Positions 1-8,698 of a stretch of DNA of 64,000 nucleotides are shown here, piece by piece. Each line of letters begins with the position of its first letter. The first letter of the stretch is position 1. Under the pieces are notes generated by a model that was not told the origin of the DNA, did not search any database, and saw only the letters and a list, made by a program, of their open reading frames with translations. Source of the DNA: a bacterium. GTDB lineage: Bacteria; UBA8248. Position numbers and translations under genes: made by a program. Location of the stretch: assembly GCA_965261085.1 (NCBI GenBank), contig OZ253442.1:2720001-2784000 (forward strand), given 5' to 3'.

Positions 1-839
1 TCTGGAACGAGGCCGGTTTGCAAGCAGGCAAGAGATTCGTGGTAGCCATAATTTCACTTGCAGAAGCGATATCTGTCAATAGAACTATGACCCCACCGCC
101 TGATTGGGCATCTGGTAACCAATATCGTTTGCCGAATGAAAGACATCTTGAAGCCGAGATTACTCAAGTTTCCGAAAAAATAACGCACCTCGAAGAGGCA
201 AAGAACACACTTCAACAAGATCTAGCAGCCGCAGGTGGCTCCAGGCATCTTTTATTTGAAAAAGGCACACCGCTTGAAGATGCCATTCTAGTGAGTTTGA
301 AGCTAATGGGCTTCAAAGCGAGTGGATTTGACGACGGCAAATCCGAATTCGATGCGGTTTTTTCCGCTCCTGAGGGAAGATTTATTGGTGAAGCTGAAGG
401 TCGCGACAATAGAGCTATTAGCATAGATAAATTTAGCCAGTTAGAACGCAACTTGCATGAAGATTTCAGCCGCGATGAAATCGACGAAATGGCAAAAGGG
501 GTATTGTTCGGCAATGGCTATCGGTTAGAACCACCAGAAGAACGCTCTGACATTTTCACCGAAAAATGCTTAACGGCGGCGAAAAGAGCCGGAATTGCAT
601 TGGTTCGGACACCAGACATGTTCGAGCTAACAAGATATCTTAAAGAACATCCTGAAGATCAAGATTACGCGACGGCCTGCCGAAGAGCGATAGCCGATAC
701 AGAGGGCACGATTGTCGAATTTCCTACGCCCCCGATCGAGAAAGCAGCAAAGATTGCAGAGAAAAACGCTAATATCATAAACGACACAAGCGACGAAATA
801 TTTGGGGCTGCTCAGGTCAACACAGACGGAAAAGCCTAA
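1..839 (+). CDS. 5'-truncated hypothetical protein with a coiled coil followed by a possible PD-(D/E)xK-like nuclease domain
   Basis: Frame is open to the left edge (TGG AAC GAG GCC GGT TTG from position 3). Heptad-like stretch EAEITQVSEKITHLEEAKNTLQQDL, then EFDAVF...FIGEAEG. Visibly lower GC than its neighbours. Confidence 0.6.
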   Translation, partial: WNEAGLQAGKRFVVAIISLAEAISVNRTMTPPPDWASGNQYRLPNERHLEAEITQVSEKITHLEEAKNTLQQDLAAAGGSRHLLFEKGTPLEDAILVSLKLMGFKASGFDDGKSEFDAVFSAPEGRFIGEAEGRDNRAISIDKFSQLERNLHEDFSRDEIDEMAKGVLFGNGYRLEPPEERSDIFTEKCLTAAKRAGIALVRTPDMFELTRYLKEHPEDQDYATACRRAIADTEGTIVEFPTPPIEKAAKIAEKNANIINDTSDEIFGAAQVNTDGKA

Positions 840-914
840 TCAATTCTATTTCTTATTTCATGCGCAACATATCAGCACGGCTTAGATTACAAGGATTCCC
901 TTACCTTCTTCCCA

Positions 915-1766
915 TCAGGTCGAATGGGGCGCCTCGGCGGCGCACCGAAAGCCGATGTAGCCGTGCCCCGTCGCCTGTCTTCCGGGCATCACGACTTCCC
1001 GGCTCGTGGCCGTCATGCCGTCCGGCGCACTCGCCGAATTGCCGCCCCGCACCACGCGCGCATCCACCGCGCTTAAGCTCTCGCGGCCGTCTTTGGGCTT
1101 GTAGGGGTAATGCATCGCGAGCGAGGCCGTCCACTCCCACACCTGCCCCGCCATGTCGTTCACCCCGTATGGGCTCGCGCCCTTGGGGTAGCTGCCCACG
1201 ACCGCCGTCTGGCCCCTGAAATCCCCCATAAGGAGGTATTCTCCCGATGGCTTCTGGTTGCCCCACGGGTAGAGGCGTCCGTCGTCTCCGCGCGCCGCCT
1301 TTTCCCATTGCGCCTCGCTGGGTAGCTTCTTTTTCTTCCAGTGGCAGTAGGCCACGGCCCCGGCCCAGGCCATCTCGCTTGCCGGGAGTTTTTCAAAACC
1401 TTTCTCGACGACCCAGGCGTCGCCCTTGGGAATGATCTTGGCGTCCGGGTCGTCCGTATCCAGGTACATCTCCCCTTTCGGTCCCTCCGGGCCCCTCTCT
1501 TGAATGAAGGGGAGATAATCCGCCCATGTCACCAGATTCCGGTCGATGTAGTAAGCGGGAAGAAACACGCGGTGCGCGGGTTTTTCCTCGTAAGGACCAT
1601 CGTTCCTGCCCATCGTGAACGGTCCGGCGGGGATGAGCACCATACCGGCATATCTGCCCTTGCCCATCTTTATTCGTGAAGCGGCGAGTCCGTTTTGAGC
1701 AAACGTGAGGGTCAAGCCGGAGGCGAGGATAGTAATCCAAAGGCTGTTTCGCATCCATTTTTTCAT
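915..1766 (-). CDS. Formylglycine-generating enzyme (SUMF1/FGE-sulfatase) domain protein, secreted
   Basis: MVLIPAGPFTMG, LPSEAQWEKAARG, YPWG, DMAGQVWEW, RGG, IGFRCA motifs; N-terminal signal peptide. Confidence 0.9.
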   Translation of the reverse strand: MKKWMRNSLWITILASGLTLTFAQNGLAASRIKMGKGRYAGMVLIPAGPFTMGRNDGPYEEKPAHRVFLPAYYIDRNLVTWADYLPFIQERGPEGPKGEMYLDTDDPDAKIIPKGDAWVVEKGFEKLPASEMAWAGAVAYCHWKKKKLPSEAQWEKAARGDDGRLYPWGNQKPSGEYLLMGDFRGQTAVVGSYPKGASPYGVNDMAGQVWEWTASLAMHYPYKPKDGRESLSAVDARVVRGGNSASAPDGMTATSREVVMPGRQATGHGYIGFRCAAEAPHST

Positions 1767-1799
1767 GGCAGCGCTCCTGAGATAGTTATCTATAAAACC

Positions 1800-2519
1800 C
1801 TACTCTCCCTGCGGCGGCCAGATGCGGCTTGCCGCCAGAGGCGAGCCGGGGGGATGCACGAGGTATCCATGCACGCGCTTCGTCCATTCGGTCTCTTCGA
1901 GCGCGATGTAGTTCTCCTCACGCGCTTCGAGCGATGTGAACTCATAGAGCACCGAATGCTTGGGCGAACCCGTCGCCACGAGGTATTTTCTCGCGCCGAT
2001 GCAGCCGGGCGTATCCGCGACTCGCGCCATGCGCTCCTGGGCGTACCATGCCTCCAGATCCTCATCGTTGCCCTGCGCCTCGTAGCGGCCCATCTGCATC
2101 GCGGGCGCCATGACGTCGGGCGCTTCTCTCTTGTCTGCGTCCGGGCCTTCCACCCGCCATTCCTCGCAGAGGATAAGTCCCCTCGCCTGAATTCGCATCC
2201 CTGTCATCGCGCGGGTTTCCGCGTTTTGGCGTTCTTTTAATTGCGCCGGGCTGGGGTCGTAGAAAACACGGGTGGATTCCCCACCGAATAGCGCGATGAA
2301 TCCCGCTCCCGATGCAAGCTGCGGATCGTCGGTGCGGTTCAGGCGCGCCGCTATTTTTTCAAAGCGCTCGCCAGGATGCTTCACCTCATAGTGCGCCGCC
2401 CAGGTGTAGCCCGGACGAGTAAGTTTTTCGGGGATGTGGACTCCGTGGTACCAGTCCATGTATTCATCCCGTCCCTCCTCGGGCAGATCGTAGATGATCG
2501 CCCATACCGCCCTGTCCAT
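1800..2519 (-). CDS. Hypothetical protein, probable tandem dimeric alpha-beta barrel (EthD/DUF4286-like)
   Basis: Two repeats of the WY..(H/E)..E....PG motif (WYHGVHIPEKLTRPG; WYAQERMARVADTPG); GGAGG RBS upstream of ATG at 2519. Confidence 0.65.
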   Translation of the reverse strand: MDRAVWAIIYDLPEEGRDEYMDWYHGVHIPEKLTRPGYTWAAHYEVKHPGERFEKIAARLNRTDDPQLASGAGFIALFGGESTRVFYDPSPAQLKERQNAETRAMTGMRIQARGLILCEEWRVEGPDADKREAPDVMAPAMQMGRYEAQGNDEDLEAWYAQERMARVADTPGCIGARKYLVATGSPKHSVLYEFTSLEAREENYIALEETEWTKRVHGYLVHPPGSPLAASRIWPPQGE

Positions 2520-2589
2520 ATTCAGCCTCCGTTTACGCAAGAATGATTCATGAATGAAAAGGATGCGAAGGCGATTGGTCTCGCCTCCC

Positions 2590-2937
2590 CTACACTCCCG
2601 ACGTCTCGGGTTTACAGGCTACGGCCTTCAGGTCTTGCTGCGTGAAAAGAGGTTTGCAGACTTTGTCCATATGCGCCTTGAGGGGCGGATAGGTTGTCAT
2701 TTCGTAATTTTTCACGTCCACGCTGAACGGCAAGTTGCTCTCGTGGAACATGGTCCACAGGCGGTCGATATGCTTTTCCTTGATAGCGCCTCGCAGCACC
2801 AAGTCAACGTCCGAATTGGGCCGATAGTCGCCTGAGGCCCGCGAACCGAACAACTCGACCGAGGCGATCTCCTCGGCGTAATGCGAGAGAATCTGTTTCA
2901 AAACCATGAGCTGGCGGTCCGACAGTCCGTGATTCAT
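2590..2937 (-). CDS. Minimal nucleotidyltransferase (MNT/HI0073-like) antitoxin
   Basis: LFGSRASGDYRPNSDVDL motif (GS-x10-DxD); 115 aa. Confidence 0.9.
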   Translation of the reverse strand: MNHGLSDRQLMVLKQILSHYAEEIASVELFGSRASGDYRPNSDVDLVLRGAIKEKHIDRLWTMFHESNLPFSVDVKNYEMTTYPPLKAHMDKVCKPLFTQQDLKAVACKPETSGV

Positions 2938-3068
2938 GGCTGCTCCCCTTCTTTTTCAAGCTGGCTCGGCTCTCTTTGGTCCATCATTTCAATGGCTTCG
3001 CGCAGCAAGGAAAAAGCGCGCTTGTAGTTGTCGAATCGGTATCTCCAGCGCGGGGTATCGTCGCTCAC
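2934..3068 (-). pseudogene. Truncated HEPN toxin (HI0074-like nucleotidyltransferase substrate-binding protein), 44 aa
   Basis: Manual translation MSDDTPRWRYRFDNYKRAFSLLREAIEMMDQREPSQLEKEGEQP* matches the HI0074-family N-terminus up to LEKEG, then ends. Its TGA overlaps the MNT ATG; GAGG RBS upstream of GTG. Confidence 0.75.
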
Positions 3069-3277
3069 CTGGTTTTCCTCTCACTTGAGCGCTTGCAGGG
3101 CTTTCGACCCATATCAACCGGTGTCCTCAAGGAAACAACATGCTTCACGGAATGATGCGCGTCAAGTATATTGGTTTCTTATATTTTCGGCTGTAGATTC
3201 AAGGTTTGCATCTGATAATCATTGCGGCCGGCGGGATTTCTCAGGCATGCGCATTACGAATTTGGAGCCCATATCCT

Positions 3278-3907
3278 ATGATCTATGAAGTTCGCGCGTA
3301 CACGTTCACGGCAGGCGACGCCTCGGAAGGAGTGGAGGATTTCGGCAGGATCATCGAGAAAAGAGCCGCCATATCTCCTCTGGTCGGTTTTTTCATCTCC
3401 GCCATTGGTGGGCTGAACCGAATTCTGCACATCTGGGAGTATGAGAATTCCGCCCACCGGGAGGCGGCGCGCGCCGAAGCCCTCGCCCAGCCGTGGTGGC
3501 CGCCGCTCAAGGTGGATAAAATCCTCCACCAGCAGACACGCATCATGCGGCCGGCGCCTTTTCTCCCCAAACCTCGGGCGGGCGAGATGGGCGGCGTGTA
3601 TGAAATCAGAAGCGACGTGATGCGCACGGGCAAAATGAGGGCCATCAGCGCGGCTTGGGAGAAGAATCTCCCCCAAAGGGAGCGCCTCTCGCCCCTGGCG
3701 GCGGCGTTCGCCAACCCGGCGGGAGAGTTCGAGTCCGGCATCCTGAACGAGTTTTTGCACATCTGGCCCTACCAGGACATGAACCACTGGGCCGAGGTGC
3801 AAAGAGACGCCGCGAATCTCCCAGGTTGGGAGGAGGATTACAAACCTTATCTCCGTAGCGAGACTTCCGAGATATGGTATCCGGTGGATTATTCGCCCAT
3901 GAAATAG
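3278..3907 (+). CDS. NIPSNAP family protein (two NIPSNAP domains)
   Basis: MIYEVRAY...GGLNRILHIWEY and VYEIRS...LNEFLHIWPY; C-terminal YSPMK. Confidence 0.9.
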   Translation: MIYEVRAYTFTAGDASEGVEDFGRIIEKRAAISPLVGFFISAIGGLNRILHIWEYENSAHREAARAEALAQPWWPPLKVDKILHQQTRIMRPAPFLPKPRAGEMGGVYEIRSDVMRTGKMRAISAAWEKNLPQRERLSPLAAAFANPAGEFESGILNEFLHIWPYQDMNHWAEVQRDAANLPGWEEDYKPYLRSETSEIWYPVDYSPMK

Positions 3908-3935
3908 CGGGGAACGCATGCCCGCGCTCCCCGCT
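3906..3935. terminator. Probable bidirectional intrinsic terminator between NIPSNAP and tRNA-Gly
   Basis: Inverted repeat AGCGGGGA/TCCCCGCT, extending to about 12 bp with a G-U pair on the minus strand, between convergent genes. Confidence 0.65.
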
Positions 3936-3949
3936 TTGTCATGGATAAA

Positions 3950-4024
3950 TGGAGCGGGAAACGGGATTTGAACCCGCGACCCCAACGTTGGCAACGTTGT
4001 GCTCTACCACTGAGCTATTCCCGC
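3950..4024 (-). tRNA. tRNA-Gly (GCC)
   Basis: Reverse complement GCGGGAATAGCTCAGTGGTAGAGCACAACGTTGCCAACGTTGGGGTCGCGGGTTCAAATCCCGTTTCCCGCTCCA: cloverleaf, anticodon GCC, encoded CCA. Confidence 0.98.
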
Positions 4025-4039
4025 AAACGGCAACGAAGA

Positions 4040-4067
4040 AGTTTACCCAACTGCGATCAAGAGTCAA
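4040..4067 (-). promoter_or_regulatory. sigma70-type promoter of tRNA-Gly
   Basis: TTGACT-16 nt-TAAACT just upstream of the tRNA. Confidence 0.6.
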
Positions 4068-4088
4068 GGGGCGATCGGAAATTCGTCT

Positions 4089-5186
4089 TCATCCTTCCTG
4101 CTCAGGTATTTCCAGTTTATCCGCCAGCCAATCCGCCGCGAGAGGCCGCCACAAAAAGGGAATGTTGTTGCATACGTGGACGCCCTCTGGATACACCACG
4201 AGTTCGCACGCATCACCCGCCTCCGCCGCTATCTTGTGGGCCTGCTCCACGGGGCACAGCCTGTCTTTCGCGCCGTGAATGATCAGAAGGGGTCGATCCA
4301 GACCGCTCAAACACCCGCGCAGGGAAATCTCCTGCGATTTGAGCGCGCCTTGTTCTTCGTTCTCCGTCTGAAAGGAGACGCAAACCCCCTGGCGGGTCAA
4401 TGCGGGTAAACCCTCCCATATCTCCACCATGTCGTATGGTCCGCACACGCCGACCCCGGCCCTGAGGCGAGGCTCGCCCGCAAGGCTGCGCGGCGCATAG
4501 TAGCCGCCCAGACTCACCCCCAGAGCCCCGATGCGGGATGAATCCAGCCGGGTGTCCGCAGTGAGAAAATCCATGACGACAGAGACCACGCGCTCGAAAT
4601 CAGGCCGCATCTGCATGTCGGCGTTTTCCCCCTGGGCGGGGCCGTCGAAGGCGAAAGTCGCCATGCCGCGAGCGTGGAGGACTTCTTCGAGCGTATAAAA
4701 TTCCTCTTTCGTGGAATCGAGACCCGCGACCAGGACGACGCACGGCGCGCCGCCCTCCCCTTTCGCCCCCTCGGGGATTCGCAAGACGCCCGGCAGAATT
4801 CTTCCGCCAGACCAGGGCATTTCCACCCGCTCGGCGGGCGGGTCCAGAAGCGGCGCGGCGCGAAGATAGGCCGCCACCTTTCTCTTTTGCGCCTCGGCCT
4901 TGAGTTCGAGATCCTCATGATAGACGAACTGGGCGAAATGATAGGCGAGAGAAGCCCGCACATAGGCCTCGGCGGCGCTCAACATCCTGCCCGCCTTCTC
5001 CATCTCGCGGGCTTCCCGCTCGCGAACGGCCGCGCGCTCCATCCAGAGGCGGCACCATTCGTGCCAGGAACTTACTTTGGGTATGACTTCCGAAGCGTCG
5101 ATGTAGGAGATGCCGTTCGCCAGAAGGCGGACGTACCAGTGCGAGAGGGCCTCTTGCGTAAGCGCGTCGGCGGAGGATTCATTCAA
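4089..5186 (-). CDS. Alpha/beta hydrolase, 2,6-dihydroxypseudooxynicotine hydrolase/FrsA-like
   Basis: GLDSTKEE, FDGPAQGE, nucleophile motif GVSLGGY, HGAKD, GVHVCNN. Likely TTG start overlapping the upstream stop. Confidence 0.85.
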   Translation of the reverse strand: MNESSADALTQEALSHWYVRLLANGISYIDASEVIPKVSSWHEWCRLWMERAAVREREAREMEKAGRMLSAAEAYVRASLAYHFAQFVYHEDLELKAEAQKRKVAAYLRAAPLLDPPAERVEMPWSGGRILPGVLRIPEGAKGEGGAPCVVLVAGLDSTKEEFYTLEEVLHARGMATFAFDGPAQGENADMQMRPDFERVVSVVMDFLTADTRLDSSRIGALGVSLGGYYAPRSLAGEPRLRAGVGVCGPYDMVEIWEGLPALTRQGVCVSFQTENEEQGALKSQEISLRGCLSGLDRPLLIIHGAKDRLCPVEQAHKIAAEAGDACELVVYPEGVHVCNNIPFLWRPLAADWLADKLEIPEQEG

Positions 5187-5925
5187 TTTTCTTCTCCTCA
5201 AGCGGCCTTTCGGCATGGATCCGAACCGAGACCACCGGACGAAACGGGGTGTGGCCGGAAATATCAATATCACAAAAACCGGCGCTCGCCAGCAGGGACT
5301 CCCATTCGGTCTGCTCACAGACCCCGCCGAGCGAGGCGTTCCACGCCTGGGGGTCCTGGGCGATCTCACCGGGCAATTCGCCCTCGCGTATCAATTCGCG
5401 GGCCACGAGGCGGCCACCCGGCTTCAATATGCGGTGCGCCTCGGCGAGCGCTTTTCCCTTGTTCACCGTCAGGTTGAACGAGGCGTTAGCGAGCACAACG
5501 TCGGCGACGCCGTCTCCAAGGGGAACCTTCTCCATGTCCCCGGCCAGCAGATGCACGCGCGCGCCTTGATGAAGACCCACAAACGCCTCGCGCGTACGAT
5601 GAAGCATCTGGGGCGCGAAATCCACTGCGAACAGCCTGGCGCCTTCCTCCAGCTTCTCGCTCAGAAGGCGCGCGTCTAATCCCGCGCCGCATCCCAACTC
5701 TACGGCCGTTTGCACGCCCGTGAGATCGACTCCCTCGAGTAGATACCCGCAGCCACAATAAGAGGACGAAACGCGTTCGGGAAGTCCGTCGATAAAGCGG
5801 GCGGGATAGCCTGCTCCTCGCGCTCTGTCCGCACCGCCTACGGGAAACGCATGCGCCTCCGCCAGATGGGCGTAGCGCTTTCTGACGAAGGATTTCACCT
5901 GCTCCTCCCACGCCCGGGGCTTCAC
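5179..5925 (-). CDS. SAM-dependent methyltransferase, arsenite methyltransferase (ArsM)-like
   Basis: YCGCG before SAM motif I (VELGCGAGLD), DVVLANASFNL, HRILKPGG. Start uncertain (GTG 5925 or 5946). Confidence 0.75.
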   Translation of the reverse strand: MKPRAWEEQVKSFVRKRYAHLAEAHAFPVGGADRARGAGYPARFIDGLPERVSSSYCGCGYLLEGVDLTGVQTAVELGCGAGLDARLLSEKLEEGARLFAVDFAPQMLHRTREAFVGLHQGARVHLLAGDMEKVPLGDGVADVVLANASFNLTVNKGKALAEAHRILKPGGRLVARELIREGELPGEIAQDPQAWNASLGGVCEQTEWESLLASAGFCDIDISGHTPFRPVVSVRIHAERPLEEKKIE

Positions 5926-5953
5926 GCCATGAACGGTTACGGGCACGGGACGC

Positions 5954-6706
5954 CTAATGCGGCATGTGGGCCGGGTTCCAGAACTCTCCGGTCCGCACCA
6001 TTTTGGCGATTCGCTCGCCGTGAGGCATCCAGCCGTTCTCGTTTTTCTTCGCCTGCGCTTCACAGTCGTATTCCACGCGCTTGATTTCCACGCGCCATTC
6101 GCCGTCGCCCAGGTATTCCACGACCGAATAGGCGGGCCGGTAATCGCCGTCCCAGTTCATGCCCACCGCGGCGGTGCAGACAAGGGTCTGCCCATCGACT
6201 TCGCGGACGTAGGGGCCGTGCACGTGGCCGAAAGCCATGATCTCCGCGTCCGTTCCCTTGATCTTCTCCTTCACTTCCTCGTCCGTGAACCTCAGGGGGA
6301 TCGCGTCTTCGATGTCGTCCGGCGTGGCGTGGAAGATGAAGAAATCATGCCCTTTCTCGGGCGTGATCGTCATCGACCACATGAGGCCGTCGAGATAATC
6401 GATCTGCTCGGCGGAGAGGCGCTCACGCGTCTTCTTCACCATCTCGTAGAGCCATACGTGGTGTTCGTTCTTGGGCGGGTCCGTCTCGTCTTTTCGCTTC
6501 GAGACCCACCAGTCGAGATTTCCGGCGAGGACGTCCACGTCCTTACGCCCCATAAAGCGCTCGACCACCTCGGTGGGTTCGGGGCCGAGCATGACCAGAT
6601 CGCCGATGACGACCTCGCGGTCCGCGTTTTCCTTCGCCACGGCCTCCTGCACGGCATCCAGAGGCGCAAGCTGGGCGTGGATGTCGGAATACAGAACAAT
6701 CTTCAC
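5954..6706 (-). CDS. Metallophosphoesterase family protein
   Basis: SDIH, GDLV, GNLD, FHATP, FGHVH motifs. Confidence 0.9.
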   Translation of the reverse strand: MKIVLYSDIHAQLAPLDAVQEAVAKENADREVVIGDLVMLGPEPTEVVERFMGRKDVDVLAGNLDWWVSKRKDETDPPKNEHHVWLYEMVKKTRERLSAEQIDYLDGLMWSMTITPEKGHDFFIFHATPDDIEDAIPLRFTDEEVKEKIKGTDAEIMAFGHVHGPYVREVDGQTLVCTAAVGMNWDGDYRPAYSVVEYLGDGEWRVEIKRVEYDCEAQAKKNENGWMPHGERIAKMVRTGEFWNPAHMPH

Positions 6707-6730
6707 GTTACTACTCCCTTCCCGGTATCA

Positions 6731-6776
6731 AAGAACAGGGCCGCCGTACTCGAAAGCGCGGCGGCCCCATGTTCTT
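6731..6776 (-). terminator. Long intergenic hairpin downstream of the substrate-binding protein gene (terminator or mRNA-stabilising stem)
   Basis: AAGAACA-GGGCCGCCG ... CGGCGGCCC-CA-TGTTCTT inverted repeat. Confidence 0.6.
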
Positions 6777-6790
6777 GCGCGTTGAGATAT

Positions 6791-7804
6791 CTAAATCTTG
6801 CCTGCCTTTGCGAGCGCGGCCTTCGTCACGCTCGTGTCGACGATGTCCTCATAAGAGGGAGCCTTGCCCTTGATTTTTCCGAGGCGCTTCATGTAGTTCG
6901 CCGTGAAGGAAACCGAGGCCTTGGGGATGCCGTTGTTCACGCCCCAGATTTTCTCCGCCACGAAGATGTCATAAGTTTTCGACATGATTTCGGGGTTTTT
7001 CTTATAGACGGGACGCACCCATTTGTTCGCCGATTTAAGATAGCCCGCCTTGTCCTTGTAGATGGATCGGTTGGACTGCATCATCGCCATGGCGAAGCGC
7101 ACGTAGGCGTCCTTGTTCGAATTGATCTTGGAAGATGGCGCGATGAACGCCCCGTAGAAGAAGTTCGGCATGGCTTTCCACAGGTCCATCAGCTTGTTGA
7201 AGCTGGGCTTTCTCTTCTTGACGACGAGAACCTGCTCGACGTGAATGACCACGGCGTCGGCCTTGCCCTTGAGCAGAAACGGAACGCGCGCCGGCGGCGG
7301 GGTCTTGATGTATTTCACGTCCTTATCAGTCAGGCCTGCGGTCGATAGTACGGCGAGCGCGCCCAGATGGCTGTATCCGCCGCGCCCTTCGATGCCGATG
7401 GTGCGGCCCTTGAGGTCGGACGGCTTTTTCACCTGATCGTTCCCGGCCATCTGCGCTTCGCTCAAATAGGCCATGGAGTGGAAGAACTTCATGCCGCTGC
7501 CCTTGGTGATGCCCACCATCGCAATCGGGGCCGGCACCCAGGCGGCGTCCATACCGCTTTTCTTGCTCGTTATCGCCCGGTGCGTGGCGACGCCGCCCCG
7601 GAAGAATTTGATCTCGACGTCCAGGCCGTGTTTCTTGAAAATATCGTTGTCCAGCGCGTAAAAGACCGGCAGGTGAACCATGACCGGCGGACGCACGGGC
7701 ATGCCGAGCACTATCTTGTCGGCGGCGGCGGACTGCGCCGGCGCGCCCCACGTCGCTGCGGCGAGAACGAACGCCGCGACCAACACCATCCACATCTTTT
7801 TCAT
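6791..7804 (-). CDS. ABC transporter substrate-binding protein, NitT/TauT/SsuA family
   Basis: Signal peptide MKKMWMVLVAAFVLAA; LPVFYALDNDIFKKHGLDVEI; DLKGRTIG; GGAG RBS. Confidence 0.9.
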   Translation of the reverse strand: MKKMWMVLVAAFVLAAATWGAPAQSAAADKIVLGMPVRPPVMVHLPVFYALDNDIFKKHGLDVEIKFFRGGVATHRAITSKKSGMDAAWVPAPIAMVGITKGSGMKFFHSMAYLSEAQMAGNDQVKKPSDLKGRTIGIEGRGGYSHLGALAVLSTAGLTDKDVKYIKTPPPARVPFLLKGKADAVVIHVEQVLVVKKRKPSFNKLMDLWKAMPNFFYGAFIAPSSKINSNKDAYVRFAMAMMQSNRSIYKDKAGYLKSANKWVRPVYKKNPEIMSKTYDIFVAEKIWGVNNGIPKASVSFTANYMKRLGKIKGKAPSYEDIVDTSVTKAALAKAGKI

Positions 7805-7859
7805 TTCAAACTCCTTAAAAAGAATAGAAAATTCATGTCTCGACAAGACGCCCACTCAA

Positions 7860-8684
7860 TCAGGACTCTTGCCGAACCCTCCAGGATGAAAACTTCGTCT
7901 CGCAGACGTTCACGACTTTCGTTAAAGCTATACCGACTATCATCAACAAGACAACAGGCGCCAGACCCTTGTCCAGTTCCAGATCCCCGATGTAGTCCTG
8001 GCTCAGTGCGCCGAGTCCCGAAATGCTCATCAGGAACTCCGCGACGACCATTCCCACCAGGGCGCGTCCGCACGAGAGCCCCAGGCCCGCGACGAGGTAT
8101 GGAACCACGCTCGGGAAGATAAGATCCCGCCAACGCTGACTCTCCGTGGAGCAGAAAGAGCGCGTCACCTCGAGAAGGGAGAGGTCCACGTTCCGCACGC
8201 CGTGATAGACGTCCACGATGACCGGCATGATGGCGAAGAAGACGACGATGGTCGTCTTGCCGACGAAATCCACACCCAGAACCATCGCTATCGGAAACGC
8301 GAGCGCGACCACGGGCGTGGCGTAGAGAGCGAACACGTAGGTGTCCACGGCGTATTCGAAAATCTGGAAGCGTCCCATGAGAATCCCCAGCACGATGCCT
8401 AAGGGGATCGCGATGAGCAGACCCGCCACCAGGATTTGAGAACTCTCGTATGCGGCGGCTGTCATCTGGCCGCTGACGGTCAGTTCCCAGAAGGCGACGG
8501 ATATGGCGCTCGGGTAGCTGAAGGTGACCGGATCGATGTTGCCGGTCTGTCCCATCAACTCCCACCCGCCGATGACGACCACCAGCGATATGAGACGTAC
8601 ATATATGGCGGGTTCCTTGATGCGCTCCCAGGATGCTTTTTCTGCCGTCGATACGCCTATTGCCGTCGGTGCGTCGGTAGTCAA
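7860..8684 (-). CDS. ABC transporter permease, NitT/TauT family
   Basis: Multiple TM segments; EAA-like loop and GMVVAEF motif. Confidence 0.9.
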   Translation of the reverse strand: MTTDAPTAIGVSTAEKASWERIKEPAIYVRLISLVVVIGGWELMGQTGNIDPVTFSYPSAISVAFWELTVSGQMTAAAYESSQILVAGLLIAIPLGIVLGILMGRFQIFEYAVDTYVFALYATPVVALAFPIAMVLGVDFVGKTTIVVFFAIMPVIVDVYHGVRNVDLSLLEVTRSFCSTESQRWRDLIFPSVVPYLVAGLGLSCGRALVGMVVAEFLMSISGLGALSQDYIGDLELDKGLAPVVLLMIVGIALTKVVNVCETKFSSWRVRQES

Positions 8685-8698
8685 AGGTCTGATGCCCC

